The notes beneath the pieces are model-generated. The model was not told where the DNA came from. It did no database searches and saw only the letters and a list, made by a program, of their open reading frames with translations. This document shows, piece by piece, positions 13,816-26,240 of a stretch of 64,000 bases of DNA. The stretch's first letter is position 1, and each line of letters starts with the position of its first letter. The position numbers and the translations under genes are program-made. The stretch spans positions 36,270,001-36,334,000 of the forward strand of contig NC_043015.1 of the NCBI RefSeq assembly GCF_006345805.1, given 5' to 3'. Origin of the DNA: Octopus sinensis. Its lineage: Eukaryota.

Positions 13816-14646
13816 AGAGGTGACCGCGTTCTCGCTGGTGTTGTTGCTCTTTGTTGCCATTAATTCCTTTTGTTTCTGCGATGGTGAAGTTGGTGATGAA
13901 AACAGCATAATGTTCCTTCCATAGAGTTCACATGCGCTATTCTTCTTCTTGTTGCTGTTGATATTGATGCTGCTGCTGCTGCTGCTATAGCTCTCAAAGT
14001 TTTTTTTTAAGACTTGTTCTCTTTTCCAGATGACCGGCTGTTCTTTTCAGCGGACGAAGAAGTCTCATTCGCCATACATACAAACATGCACACATACATA
14101 CATACATATATACATACATACATACATACATAAATAGATACATAAATAGATATATACATACATAAATAGATACATATATAAATACATGCACACATGCACA
14201 CATACATACATACATAAATAGATACATATATAAATACATGCACACATACATACATACATACATACATACATACATACATACATAAATAGATACATATATA
14301 AATACATGCACACATAAATACATACATACATACATGCATACATAAAAAAGAATATCAAGGAAGGACGCAAAAGCGGATCTACTGTCATCAACATATGAAA
14401 AATTCGCTTTAAAGTAAACGTAGAATAAGTCTACAAATACATAGGAATGCTCGCTAATTAAAACGTGGTATTTTTATATAGATACGGTTAAATTTATATA
14501 AAGCTATCGAACAAAAACAAATTCAGTATATTTAAGTCTTTTTTTACGTCTGACAAAATATATGTATGAGCCTGTGTGCGTGTGTGCTTATGAATGAACG
14601 TGTGATTCTTATGAGCTGTAGAATCTATCGCCAGAACCATCCTCAC

Positions 14647-14819
14647 CAATGTTGTTTTCCACTGTAAATCTTATATTTTCCAGGAATATGATTCTTATGT
14701 TTTGCATCAGGATATTTGTGCTAATTTTCTGCAGATCGTTTGTTTTAATCTCCCCAGAAGCAAGTTTAGCTTCGTAACTTTTGCCTGGAAGGTAGATATA
14801 ATGCTTAACCATATTGTAT
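14647..14819 (-). CDS. Candidate internal exon (YNMVKHYIYLPGKSYEAKLASGEIKTNDLQKISTNILMQNIRIIFLENIRFTVENNI)
   Basis: Long polypyrimidine acceptor (tttgctttttactttgttttgtccaaatcag|), 173 nt open in one frame, then donor ATTG|GTGAGG. Non-repetitive. No family recognised. Confidence 0.3.
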
Positions 14820-15018
14820 CTGATTTGGACAAAACAAAGTAAAAAGCAAAATTTACCGAAGATATCTGTTCCTCTGGAGAATTATGGAAGAATTTCGATC
14901 GTTCATAGACTCTCTGTATAAAAACATATCAACAAATTTTTCCATGTGCTCTAAGCTTCTTAAAATACAGAACCTTGAGGAATTCTAAAACATACCTGGA
15001 CAAGGTACAGTATTATCA

Positions 15019-15100
<82 letters not shown>

Positions 15101-15304
15101 AAGTAGTAGTAGTAGTAGATTTGTTTCTTTTTCTTTTTTTCGTATTTTTTTTGTAGTTTTTATCAAAAATTCACTCTGGTGTGTTTATTTTTATGGTCTA
15201 TCAATAAATGCAGCGAGTTTCTTTGCTCGAGGCGTTGGGAAAATTATCGACAAGAAATGGAAACGAAATTGAAAGAAGAAAAACTTATAATAATAATCTT
15301 TATA

Positions 15305-15445
15305 TTATAGGTGCAAAGCCTGAAATTGTTGGTGGGATATGCTCGATTGTATCGGCCCTAGCATTTCACTGGTACTTAATTTATCGACCCCGAAAAGGTG
15401 AAAGGCAAAATCGATCTCAGCGGAAATTGCACCCAGAACGTGAAG
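15305..15445 (-). mobile_element. SINE family B, partial
   Basis: ggtacttaatttatcgaccccgaaaaggtgaaaggcaaaatcgatctcagcggaaattg is the reverse complement of the core seen on + at 58817. Confidence 0.8.
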
Positions 15446-15454
15446 ACACAAGAA

Positions 15455-16030
15455 TGATGTTATACAAACGACGCCACGACAATGTGGAAGTAATTATCCA
15501 TTTGGAGCTCTGTGGGAATCACGGCCTACAAAGAGCGAAGACGTGATATGAACGAACACAAGAAGGGGTCAAGGAAAATGAGAACTGCAAAATCCCGTAA
15601 GATGTAATGATCCAGTGCGATCACCTAACCAGGCATCGGAAAGCGGACATTGATGAGGTGAATAAAATCGAAAGAACTTGTATGATTATCGACATAGCAT
15701 GCATCGGTGGCAACAGGATCGATGAGAAAGAAGAAGACAAAATAAACATCTATGACGATTTAATGTGGGAGATACGAAGGCTGTGGTCAATGAGGAGAAT
15801 AGAAGTGATACCAATAATAATTGGTGCACTTGCAAGTATCAGCATGAAAGAGATTGGTGCAAGTGTGAAGGTAGAATATCTACAAAAATCAGCATTGCTT
15901 GGAACTGCAAGAATTCTTCGCAGGGTTCTTGCAGCATGACGGGTAAACAATTGTCACCTTAGTCGACTGGCTGTGGACACCTGACACTCTCCATCATACC
16001 CAGCGAAATTAGATGTGAGTTTTCATATAA
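15455..16030 (+). mobile_element. RLE-type LINE 3' fragment 1 (decayed)
   Basis: Reads YKRRHDNVEVIIHLELCGNHG...ENENCKIP*DVMIQCDHLTRHRKADI...IIDIAC...EKEEDKINIYDDLMWEIRRLW...IPIIIGAL...LLGTARILRRVLAA*, an RHD plus PD-(D/E)xK-like domain. Followed by a UTR and (TAA)n. Confidence 0.88.
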
Positions 16031-16039
16031 CAGTAATAC

Positions 16040-16218
<179 letters not shown>

Positions 16219-17160
16219 TGAAGAAACAATAAAAGCTATAAAACAAATGAAATCCAAACTAAAAATAGAACAGCAACGAACCATGATAAAACGATGGCAA
16301 GAAAAGCCCCTTCATGGTAAATATTGGACTAAACTAAACGCAAAAGAAGTAGACAAAGAAAAATCCCAGCAATGGTTGAGAAGCTCAGGACTCAAAGGAG
16401 AAACAGAGGGATTTTCAATTGCAGCACAAGACCAAAGCCTCCCCACCAGAAATTACCAAAACATGTAATGAAAAGAAATATTACAAGTAACTGCAGAATA
16501 TGTGGAGATGGACAAGAAACAATAAATCTTATTATCTCTAGCTGCCCAGTCCTGGCTAAGAAGGAATATATTCACAGACATGACAGAGTTGGAACCTACA
16601 TACATTGGAAGCTATGCCAACATTATGGAATAACAACAGAAAAAAGATGGTATAAGCACACACCAGAAAAGGTCACAGAAAACGAGAAAGCAACTATACT
16701 CTGGGATATGCCGATACACACAGATAGAGAAATTAAGGCCAACAGATCAGATATAGTTGCCAGAGATCATGAAGGAAAAAAATGCTTTCTAATTGATGTA
16801 TCAATGCCGGCAGATGACAACGTGTCTCTAAAAGAAATGGAGAAACTCTCAAAATACAAAGACCTGGAAATAGAGGTAACTAGAATGTGGAATCTGAAAA
16901 CAGAAACAATTCCTATCATAGTAGGTTCATTAGGCATGATAAAAAAATATTCAGACAAATACATAACAAAAACACCAGGACTTACAAACACATATAACAT
17001 ACAGAAAATTGCACTACTAGGCACTGCACACATCCTACGCAGAACACTTTCCATACAATAACCATCAGAGCATCACAACAAATCACAGCACATACCCAAG
17101 GCACACAGAGCTGCGCTCGGTAGTGAAGTGAAAGCACGCTATAAAAATAAAACTACTGAA
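16219..17160 (+). mobile_element. RLE-type (R4/Dong-like) LINE 3' fragment 2, 5'-truncated, best-preserved copy
   Basis: ORFs 16247-16468 and 16372-17061 join through one frameshift near 16460. They give WQEKPLHGKY...LKGETEGFSIAAQDQSLPTRNY, a zinc knuckle CRICG..ETINLIISSC (H to L), RHDRV..IHWKLC, ANRSDIV (PD to SD), IDVSMP, KEMEKLSKYKDL and IPIIVGSLG. The 3' UTR ends in (TAA)n. Confidence 0.93.
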
Positions 17161-17194
17161 TGATAACAATAATAATAATAATAATAATGATTTC

Positions 17195-17540
17195 AAATTT
17201 TACCAGGATCATAAAGAAAGAGGAAGAAAAACCAAACAATACCATCCCTTAGAATCTAAAATGGAGGAATTTGGAGCAAGCGAACAGCAAAAGTCGTGCA
17301 TATAATAATTGGTGCGTTGGGAAAAGTGAGCAAAGCTATAGAGAAATGGCTGAAGGAGATTGAAATAGAATGACTGTTAGATCTCCTATAGAAAGTTTGT
17401 CTCTAAGGGACAGTACAGCTTATCAAGAGGGTTCTAAGCACTTGATAAACTGGTGAAAAATTGTGGATACCTAAGGTTACTGGTAGTTACCTGATACTTA
17501 CATACACCCTACCCGGAATTAGACCGAACCCCAAATGATA
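17195..17540 (+). mobile_element. RLE-type LINE 3' fragment 3 (decayed)
   Basis: Reads KKEEEKTKQYHPL...IIGALGKVSKAIEKWLKEIEIE*LLDLL*KVCL*GTVQLIKRVLST*. Begins right after a (TAA)n run and ends in a degenerate TAA run. Confidence 0.75.
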
Positions 17541-18092
17541 ATAATTATAATTTCTTAGCTACATAAGAATGAAAAGCAATTCCCCCAAAACTATTCGCCC
17601 ATAAACTGTCTGTCTACCACGTGCAGGAAGAGCAAAAGTTTGTCTTAACTGATACGTCACATGTACCGAAAAGTGCATTAACGCTGTGAACGTTTTTCTT
17701 TTTCTCCTCTTTAATTTCTCTTCTCTCGGTTTTCTCTGCTGGAGAGACAGAGAGAGAGAGAGAGAGACAACCCTACAATTGAAAACTAAGCATGGAAGGC
17801 GGATGTTAAACGATGATGTTGATGGTGATGAAGGTATTGTTTTCTGTTAGAGTTGGTAGTTTAATATTTATTACTATGGTAACGGTGAGAGAGCAGCAAA
17901 CTTTGCAAATAGAACCAGAATCAACAAACAGACAGGATTCTGTTTGCCATTCCACCTACATTCTCGTCTTCCAATTAGAAATCTGACCAGGGTTACACTT
18001 TGCCTTTCCTCGTCCCTCCAGTATTAATGAACCCAACTCCACCAAAGAAGAGGATAATGATAATGTGATGATGATGATGAGGCTGCTGCTAC

Positions 18093-18133
<41 letters not shown>

Positions 18134-19577
18134 AAGACAACAAAACCAACGACAACAGTAACGAATTTTGATACGATGGTCTGGAATACGATAGAGAAGT
18201 GGTGACTCTAGTTTGTCGCTTGTGCTTGTTTAGGCCATTAATGAATGTATTGTGTGAGGATGAAATGTAAAATTGAGATGAGTGGTATTTGATCCTAGAA
18301 TGCCGGAAGCGTTGGATGGAGCTGTTGGTCATGAGGATGCGATGATTCGCTCCACGCTGATGATGGGGATAATTAGTATAAGCGATTATGCTAATTATCC
18401 TCATCAAGAAACGAAGCATTAATCGTGAGGTCGGTGGAAATGTCGATGTGGGCGGAAATGCGAGAAAGATGATGTGGATGATGACGACGGAGATGCGTTG
18501 AAGACGGCAACTGTGGTGGTGATGGTGTTAGAGATGATGGTGATAATGATGATGATGACGACGATGATGATGACGGAGACGTTGATGGTGTTGGTAATTT
18601 GGATCACGATGACAATTACGATGACAACGAAAAGACGATGACGACGGAGAAGACAGCGACGACGACGACGACGACGATGGCAATAATTATGATGAGGATG
18701 ATCCACAACATCATCATCGTCATTATCATCATCATCGACATCGTCATTAACGTCATCATCATTAGCATCATCACCATTTTAGAAATGATGTTGCTGACGA
18801 TTATATTGGGGATAATGATGATGATAATGATGATGATGAGGAGGAGGAGGACGACGACGACGATAATGATGATGATAATGATGATAATGATGATGATGAT
18901 GATGATGTTCATGATGATAATGATGATGATGATGATGATGATGCTGATTATGATGATGAGGATGATGGTGATGACGGAGACGACGATGACGACGATGACG
19001 ATGTTAATGACGATATGATATTTTTATATGTTGAATATTTTGAATTCTGTCATTATTCATCTTTCGAAGACGTTTTTCAACCCTCTCCAACTCTCACTCT
19101 CTCTCTCTCTCTATCACTCTGACTATCTGCCTCTCTCTCCACTTTCCTTCCTCGCCTTCTCCCCCTCTCTCCCTCTCTCTCTCTCTCTCTCACCGCATCC
19201 ACAAATTTGTCGTTGTTTACTTTGTCACTTGTTTACTTTGAAGTCGGTTTCAATGCAAGAGATCGAAAACCAGATAAACAATAACAAAAACAACCACAAC
19301 AACATGAAAGCTGACATTAAAGAAAAAAAAAAGGAGGGGGCAGCAAAAGGAAAGAGAAAGAAAGAAAAACAATGAAAAGAAACAAATGAAACAACCACAT
19401 CAACAGAATTACAGAAAAAGAAAAAAGAAAAGCAAAAACACAACGAATATATAAAAGCAAACAAATATTAACATAAGATGAATAACAGGAATTTGATATT
19501 AAAACTTGAAGAAAATTGCGTACGAAAAACGACCGCACTCTAGCATACAGATGCACAGACACGCACACGTTCACGCA

Positions 19578-19608
<31 letters not shown>

Positions 19609-19721
19609 CCACACACACACATATATATATATATATTTATATATATATATATACAGTCGTATATATCTCTCTATATATCAAGAAATAAATATATTCATAT
19701 ATATATATATATTCATATATA

Positions 19722-19764
<43 letters not shown>

Positions 19765-19804
19765 CATATACACACACGCTCATGCACACACAACACACAC
19801 ACAT

Positions 19805-19864
<60 letters not shown>

Positions 19865-21139
19865 GACAAGTGGATATATAAATAATATAAAAATATATAC
19901 GTGTGTGTTTGTGTATGTGTGTTTTCTTAAAGAGTGAAGGACAAGTATTTTTTTGTTCTCCATATCTGATGAAGATAAGAGATAATTTCTAATTATTTCA
20001 TTGAAAAAAAAAGTACACTTTTGAAAATTTTCATTTTATATGATCGTTTAATTTTTAAAATTTCTGTCTTTTTTTTTTCTTGTTTCTGTCTTAATATTTC
20101 CCAGTATGAGACTCGAAACACAAATTTGAATAAACACATTATTTGGAGAATTCATTTTGTGTTTGTGCGTTCCTGCGATGCGTTCGGTTGTTTGCGCATG
20201 CGTCTTTATAAGTATGTGTGCATTTGTGTGTCTTTTGCCTCATTGGGATCCATTGGCATACATACATATATGCATGCATACATATTATATATATATACAG
20301 AGAGAAAGAGAGGGAGAAAGAGAGAAGTCTTTATATGTATGCATGTATTTGTGCGCATATATATATATACATACATGTATGTATGAATGTATGTTTGTAT
20401 ATAAGTTGCTCGATGTTAAAATTTGTTATTACATTATCATTTAACTGTGTGCTAGTTTCATTTATTTGTCAATTTTTTGGTTGATATTTAATAAATAACG
20501 CAAAAACTCCAAATTTTAATCTTGTAATCCATATCTAATTAGGACATTTCTATTTGTTCTATATTAAGTCTAGTAAAAGAAATATTTACCATGTTCCGAT
20601 TCTCATAGCTTCCTTGCAATAATATGCTTCCAATCAGAAGCGACCGGATGGATTTATCAAAGCATTAGTTGATTGTTTATTTTTTATGCTAAATTGAAGC
20701 AAATCTTTAAAAAATTAAGTTCACAAATTAATTAAACATAAATTATCAATTCGGTAAATTGAAATATGAAGGATAATGGAGAAAACATTGTGTCGTATTG
20801 ACTTACGCAACATTATAATACTCTATGACTATAGCGATTTCGAATACATCCTAACGCGTTCCCAGTTTCAACACTCTGTACTCTATTTCAGAGTGTAATG
20901 CACCGAGATCGATACTAACCAGTGTGCCCTTTTTTCCAAATGATTAGACTCCACTTTAAGAGAAATCGCATTTTATGATTCAAGTATATAAACAAATCGG
21001 AGTTATACACTTAGAATCGAGTAAAAATATAATGACCATTTATTGTCGAAATGTACAAAAGAATTAAATGTAAAACGAAAAATGTTATTGTATTTATAAT
21101 TCTGTATCATATTATATATCTATATTATATATCTATATA

Positions 21140-21342
21140 TACACCTATACAGACATGCGAATTCATATCTCCCTCCAAAATTACCACGTGAGCTACAAAA
21201 ACATTACCAACGAAACGAAAAATTCGCAGATAACTTGTAAGGGAGCAAAAGTATTCAATATGCAATAAAGGGTGGTAATGTTTTTGTAGCTCACGTGGTA
21301 ATTTTGGAAGGAGATATGAATTTGCATGTCTGTATAGGTGTA
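21140..21342. mobile_element. MITE-like element with ~70 bp TIRs
   Basis: 21140-21209 and 21273-21342 are reverse complements with 2 mismatches, around a 63 bp spacer. TA occurs at both ends (21140-41 and 21341-42), compatible with a Tc1/mariner-type target duplication. Confidence 0.8.
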
Positions 21343-21789
21343 GGAATGCTAGCAGTTCCGTTAGACCGTTCGATGTCGCTGGTCATGCTGGTGTAACGGG
21401 TGAGATTTTCCCCTAGCATTTCTAGATTTATAGGAAATATATTATTGACAAGGAAATGAACCTTCGGTTCTAATCCAGAACCGATTCGTCTATAATTAAT
21501 CCATAGGCTGGGATTTCGTTTTTTTCTGCTTTTTTTGCCATATACAGCTTACAAATTATGTTTGTTAGTGGAGACTTTTTATTAGTAGAGGAAATAGTGA
21601 TCAATTTTGGCTGCTATTTCTAATATTTTCGGTATGTGGTTTTGAGCAAATTGTTTCAATTAACCCTAAGTTATAATTATTATAACCCTTACCAAATATG
21701 GTCTTTTCCATACCGATAAATCTACTAGGTGAAATTGATTAATTTTATCAAATTAATTATATTCCACCCTTTATTGCATATATATATAT

Positions 21790-21842
<53 letters not shown>

Positions 21843-21845
<3 letters not shown>

Positions 21846-23204
21846 ATTATATAGAAGGAGCTTCTACAGGACTAGAACTGTTTCATTCAGAGAAATCTTC
21901 AGGAAGCTAGTTAACAAGAATTGTATTGGCATTTATACATTTAGGCAGGTTTAAAGGGGTGGTGGTGGGGGACTTTTTGGGGGTAGGCATAGCGCAAAAT
22001 ATCATACTTGGGGGAGTGGTCAAGGAGTCAGTGGTAAATTAGATAAAAGAATAAATAAAAATATAATAAAAATAAAAAAATATATATAAAAAGAATAGAG
22101 TTTTAGGTAAATAAGAGATTCTCACTTATACCTATACACATATGTATACATATATACACACACATACATACATATATACATACACACATACATATACACA
22201 CACACATATACAATATATACACATACACATACATACATATCCTACACATACACATATATATATATATATATATGCATACACTCACTCACATGCATACACG
22301 TATCACACATGTATATATACACAAAAACGACCACACATACATATACACACAGAAAAATATATATACATACACACATACACACATGCACACACAGCACACT
22401 AGTCCCTATATACACATATATACACTACACCATATATAAGACATACACATACATACACATACATATATATATATATATAATATATATATATATATATAGA
22501 TATATATATATATATATATATATACATATGTGTACCTATACATACCTACACATACACACATATATATACATACAAATACAGACCCATTCCCTAATTTTAA
22601 TTTTATTATCTTCATTTATTACTTTTGTTATCTTTGACCGCTGGTCCCAAGGATCTTGGCTATGACAGCAAGTCCATTTATCTGTCTACTTGAAAACAAG
22701 CACTCATTCACGCACGCACACCCATTAGCACGTACACTCACTCATTCGTACACTCATACACATACACGCACGCACGCGTTATATTCATACATACATACAT
22801 CTACATACATTCACGTATATACACATACGTACACGTACCTACAGATTCATGTCTACACTCTTAGAAGGCTAGTCTATACATATACACCAATGTATGTATA
22901 AAATATTATATAATTAGGGCTTAGTAAAATAAATTACTTTGCCACATACTGAACTTTCTAGAAATAGCAGCCCAAAAAGTTTTTTAAGCCTCTTCCACTA
23001 CTTAGAGAATATTTTCCTCCAACATTGTTTACTCAAAATAATAATGGTCCTTTTACATACTGAATACTTGGTGAAATTGATTAATAACTAATTAACTTAC
23101 CCTCAATTGTTGATATATGTATGTGTGTGTATATATATGTTATGTGTATATATATGTACATGTATGTATATGTGTATGTATGTATATATATATGTGTATG
23201 TATG

Positions 23205-23273
<69 letters not shown>

Positions 23274-23498
23274 ATATGTGTATTATGTATATATTTATAT
23301 ATATATATATGTGTATATGTATATGTATGTGTGTGTGTATATGTAGATATGTGTATATAGATGAGTGTACGCGAGTATGTCGATGTATATGTAGGTATGT
23401 AGAGTTATGTTTATGTGCATGTATGTGAGTGTAGATACAAATTGTAGATGTGTATATATATGTGTGTCTGTAATATACATGTATATAGGTATATGTAC

Positions 23499-23562
<64 letters not shown>

Positions 23563-24137
23563 GGGAGTATGTAATATAAGTATGTGCATGTGTATATATA
23601 TGTGTGTATATATATGTATAGGTATGTGTATGTGTATGTATGTATATATATATATGTGTGTGTGTATGTATGCATATATGTATGTATGTATGTATGTATA
23701 TGTGTATGTATATATGTGTGTGTGTGCATATATGTATATGTAAGTGTGTGTGCGTGTATGAGTATGTATGTATGTTTGCACACATGTATATGTGTGTGTG
23801 TGTATATATGGATGCGCGCGTGTGTGTGTGTGTGTATGGGTACGCATGTACATGTGTATGTGCGTGTATGTGTATATGTGTATGTATGTATGTGTGTGCG
23901 TATATTTGTATATGTATGTATGTATATGTATGTATGTGTGTGTATATATATATATATATGGGTTTGTGTATGTGTATAAATGTATGTATGTATGGATGTA
24001 TGGATGTATGTATGTATGTATACGTATGTATGTGTATGTGTGTATATGTATGTGTTTGTGTGTATATATATATATGTGTGTATATATATTTGTGTATATA
24101 TATATTATAATGATATATGTGTATATATATGTATGTG

Positions 24138-24171
<34 letters not shown>

Positions 24172-24592
24172 AATATGTGTGTGTATTTGTATGTAGGTGT
24201 ATATGTATGTGTGTATATATATATATTTATTGGTGTATATGTATAGACTAGCCTTCTAAGAGTGTAGACATGAATCTGTAGGTACGTGTACGTATGTGTA
24301 TATACGTGAATGTATGTAGATGTATGTATGTATGAATATAACGCGTGCGTGCGTGTATGTGTATGAGTGTCCGAATGAGTGAGTGTACGTGCTAATGGGT
24401 GTGCGTGCGTGAATGAGTGCTTGTTTTCAAGTAGACAGATAATGGACTTGCTGTCATAGCCAAGATCCTTGGGACCAGCGGTCAAAGATAACAAAAGTAA
24501 TAAATGAAGATAATAAAATTAAATTAGGGAATGGTCTGTATTTGTATGTATATATATGTGTGTATGTGTAGGTATGTATAGGTATACATATG

Positions 24593-24626
<34 letters not shown>

Positions 24627-25254
24627 ATATATATTGTAGTATGTATGTGTATGTAATACATGTGTGTATGTGTATATATGTGTATATAGGGACTAGTTCT
24701 GTGTGTGCATGTGTGTATGTGTGTATGTATATATATTTTTCTGTGTGTATATGTATGTGTGGTCGTTTGTGTATATATACATGTGTGTATACGTGTATGC
24801 ATGTGAGTGAGTGTATGTATATATATATATATATATGTGTATGTGTAGATATGTATATGTATGTGTATGTGTATATATATGTATATGTGTGTGTGTATAT
24901 GTATGTGTGTATGTATATATGTATGTATGTGTGTGTATATATGTATACATATGTGTATAGGTATAAGTGAGAATCTCCTTATTTACCTAAAACTCTATTC
25001 TTTTTTATATATATTTTTTTATTTTTTATATATTTTTTTATTTATTCTTTTATCTAATTTACCACTGACTCCTTGACCACTCCCCCAAGTATGATATTTT
25101 GCGCTATGCCTACCCCCCAAAAGTCCCCCACCACCACCCCTTTAAACCTGCCTAAATGTATAAATGCCAATACAATTCTTGTTAACTAGCTTCCTGAAGA
25201 TTTCTCTTGAATGAAACAGTTCTAGTCCTGTAGAAGCTCCTTCTATATAATAAA
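21843..25254. repeat. Large inverted repeat: arms 21843-22891 and 24229-25254, ~1.3 kb spacer
   Basis: Unique blocks match as reverse complements (e.g. gaaggagcttctacaggactagaactg / cagttctagtcctgtagaagctccttc; gaccgctggtcccaaggatcttggctatgacagc / gctgtcatagccaagatccttgggaccagcggtc). The differences I saw are mostly 1-nt indels and microsatellite length changes. Confidence 0.95.
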
Positions 25255-25349
25255 TTAATTTTACTCTGCTATGTATTGAGTACCTTATTTACTGTGGTTA
25301 ACCCCGAATCAACCCGGGACCTATATATATATATATATATATAATAATA

Positions 25350-25560
25350 TATATACATATATATGTTGTTGAAACGGAAAGATGAATTATCTCGTTACGG
25401 ATTATTCAAAAGTTTAACCGATACCTGGGTAGCAAAAATCACAGCAGAAAAACACGGTTGGAGTTATATACCATAGGGTGTTGCAACCGTGCGTTTGCGC
25501 GGATAATTTAAGTTTAATAATTAGTGAATGGAAGAAATGGAGCTGAACGAAGATTCTACA
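25350..25560. repeat. Dispersed repeat, copy 1 (copy 2 at 37020-37225)
   Basis: Shared blocks caaaagtttaaccgatacc, gtagcaaaaatcacagcag, ttgcaaccgtgcgtt, gaagaaatggagctgaacg. The copies are clearly diverged, roughly 75-80% identical by eye. Confidence 0.85.
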
Positions 25561-25990
25561 GAATTCCTTTTATTACATACTACACATGTTTCAAAGGCCA
25601 CAAATTTCCAAATTCTGATTGAATAAGGATACCATATTGCAGCTTTCTCTCCAGGAAAATCCAGGAATTACGATGTCCAAACAAAACAAAGGCGCAGCAA
25701 GCAACTCGAACAAGAACGCTCCCTAGGAGCCCATGGGGTAAACTGTTTCTCAATGTACGTTTACATTGGTGGGGGCCGACAAAAAAGTCCATTGGAATAA
25801 ATCAAGGTCAGGCCGCGGTCAAATCTGGTAGGTGAGGAAATAATGAAAACAAGGGGTGTGAAGATATTCTATGTAACTAAAGTTAATGTTCTGAATATTT
25901 TAAGAATTCAGGGTGTCTTATTTAGGTGCGAGAAACTACCTACCTACATGCGCATTCACTAATTATATTATATATATATATATATATATT

Positions 25991-26207
25991 GGTTGGCGAT
26001 TTTTTTTCCTCTGTCTTCCCTTCTCTGGATCTTTCCTTCTCCTATGTTTCCGACGAAGAGCTCCGCTCGAAACGTTAAACCCTCCTTCTTTCCTTCTTTC
26101 CTTCTTTCCTTCTTGGTTTATTTCCTGAGCGTCCAATAATACTATATTTGTTCCACGTCCTCGCGTTTTTGGTGTTTTTTTGTGCTTTCTTGTTTGGATT
26201 AACTTTA
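25991..26207 (+). mobile_element. Short (TA)n-flanked repeat carrying a hammerhead-like motif (possible Penelope-like pLTR remnant), copy 1
   Basis: Homologous to the reverse complement of 42369-42561 over ~190 nt. (TA)n on both sides. Contains the motif at 26046-26080. Confidence 0.7.
26046..26080 (+). ncRNA. Minimal type-I hammerhead-ribozyme-like motif with a variant core
   Basis: gttt-CCGACGA-a-gagc(tcc)gctc-GAAA-cg-TT-aaac. Stem I is gttt/aaac, stem II is gagc/gctc, and stem III is the short palindrome ACGT. Deviations: U4 to C and an extra A after A9. Confidence 0.5.
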
Positions 26208-26208
26208 C

Positions 26209-26240
<32 letters not shown>

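Noticed and set aside
18024-19018. Met/Thr/Ile-rich ORFs of up to 139 aa
   Set aside because: Derived from degenerate (GAT/GAC)n low-complexity sequence.
22103-24970. Numerous long YI/HT/CV-rich ORFs (also at 27700-29300, 33300-36350, 56745-57170, 63596-63982)
   Set aside because: (TA)n, (CA)n and (TACA)n repeats lack stop codons in most frames; not coding evidence.
25570-25860. Possible Tc1-like transposase remnant (LPDLT..DFF) continuing the 25350 repeat
   Set aside because: Only a few residues resemble SPDLxPxDF; too weak to call.
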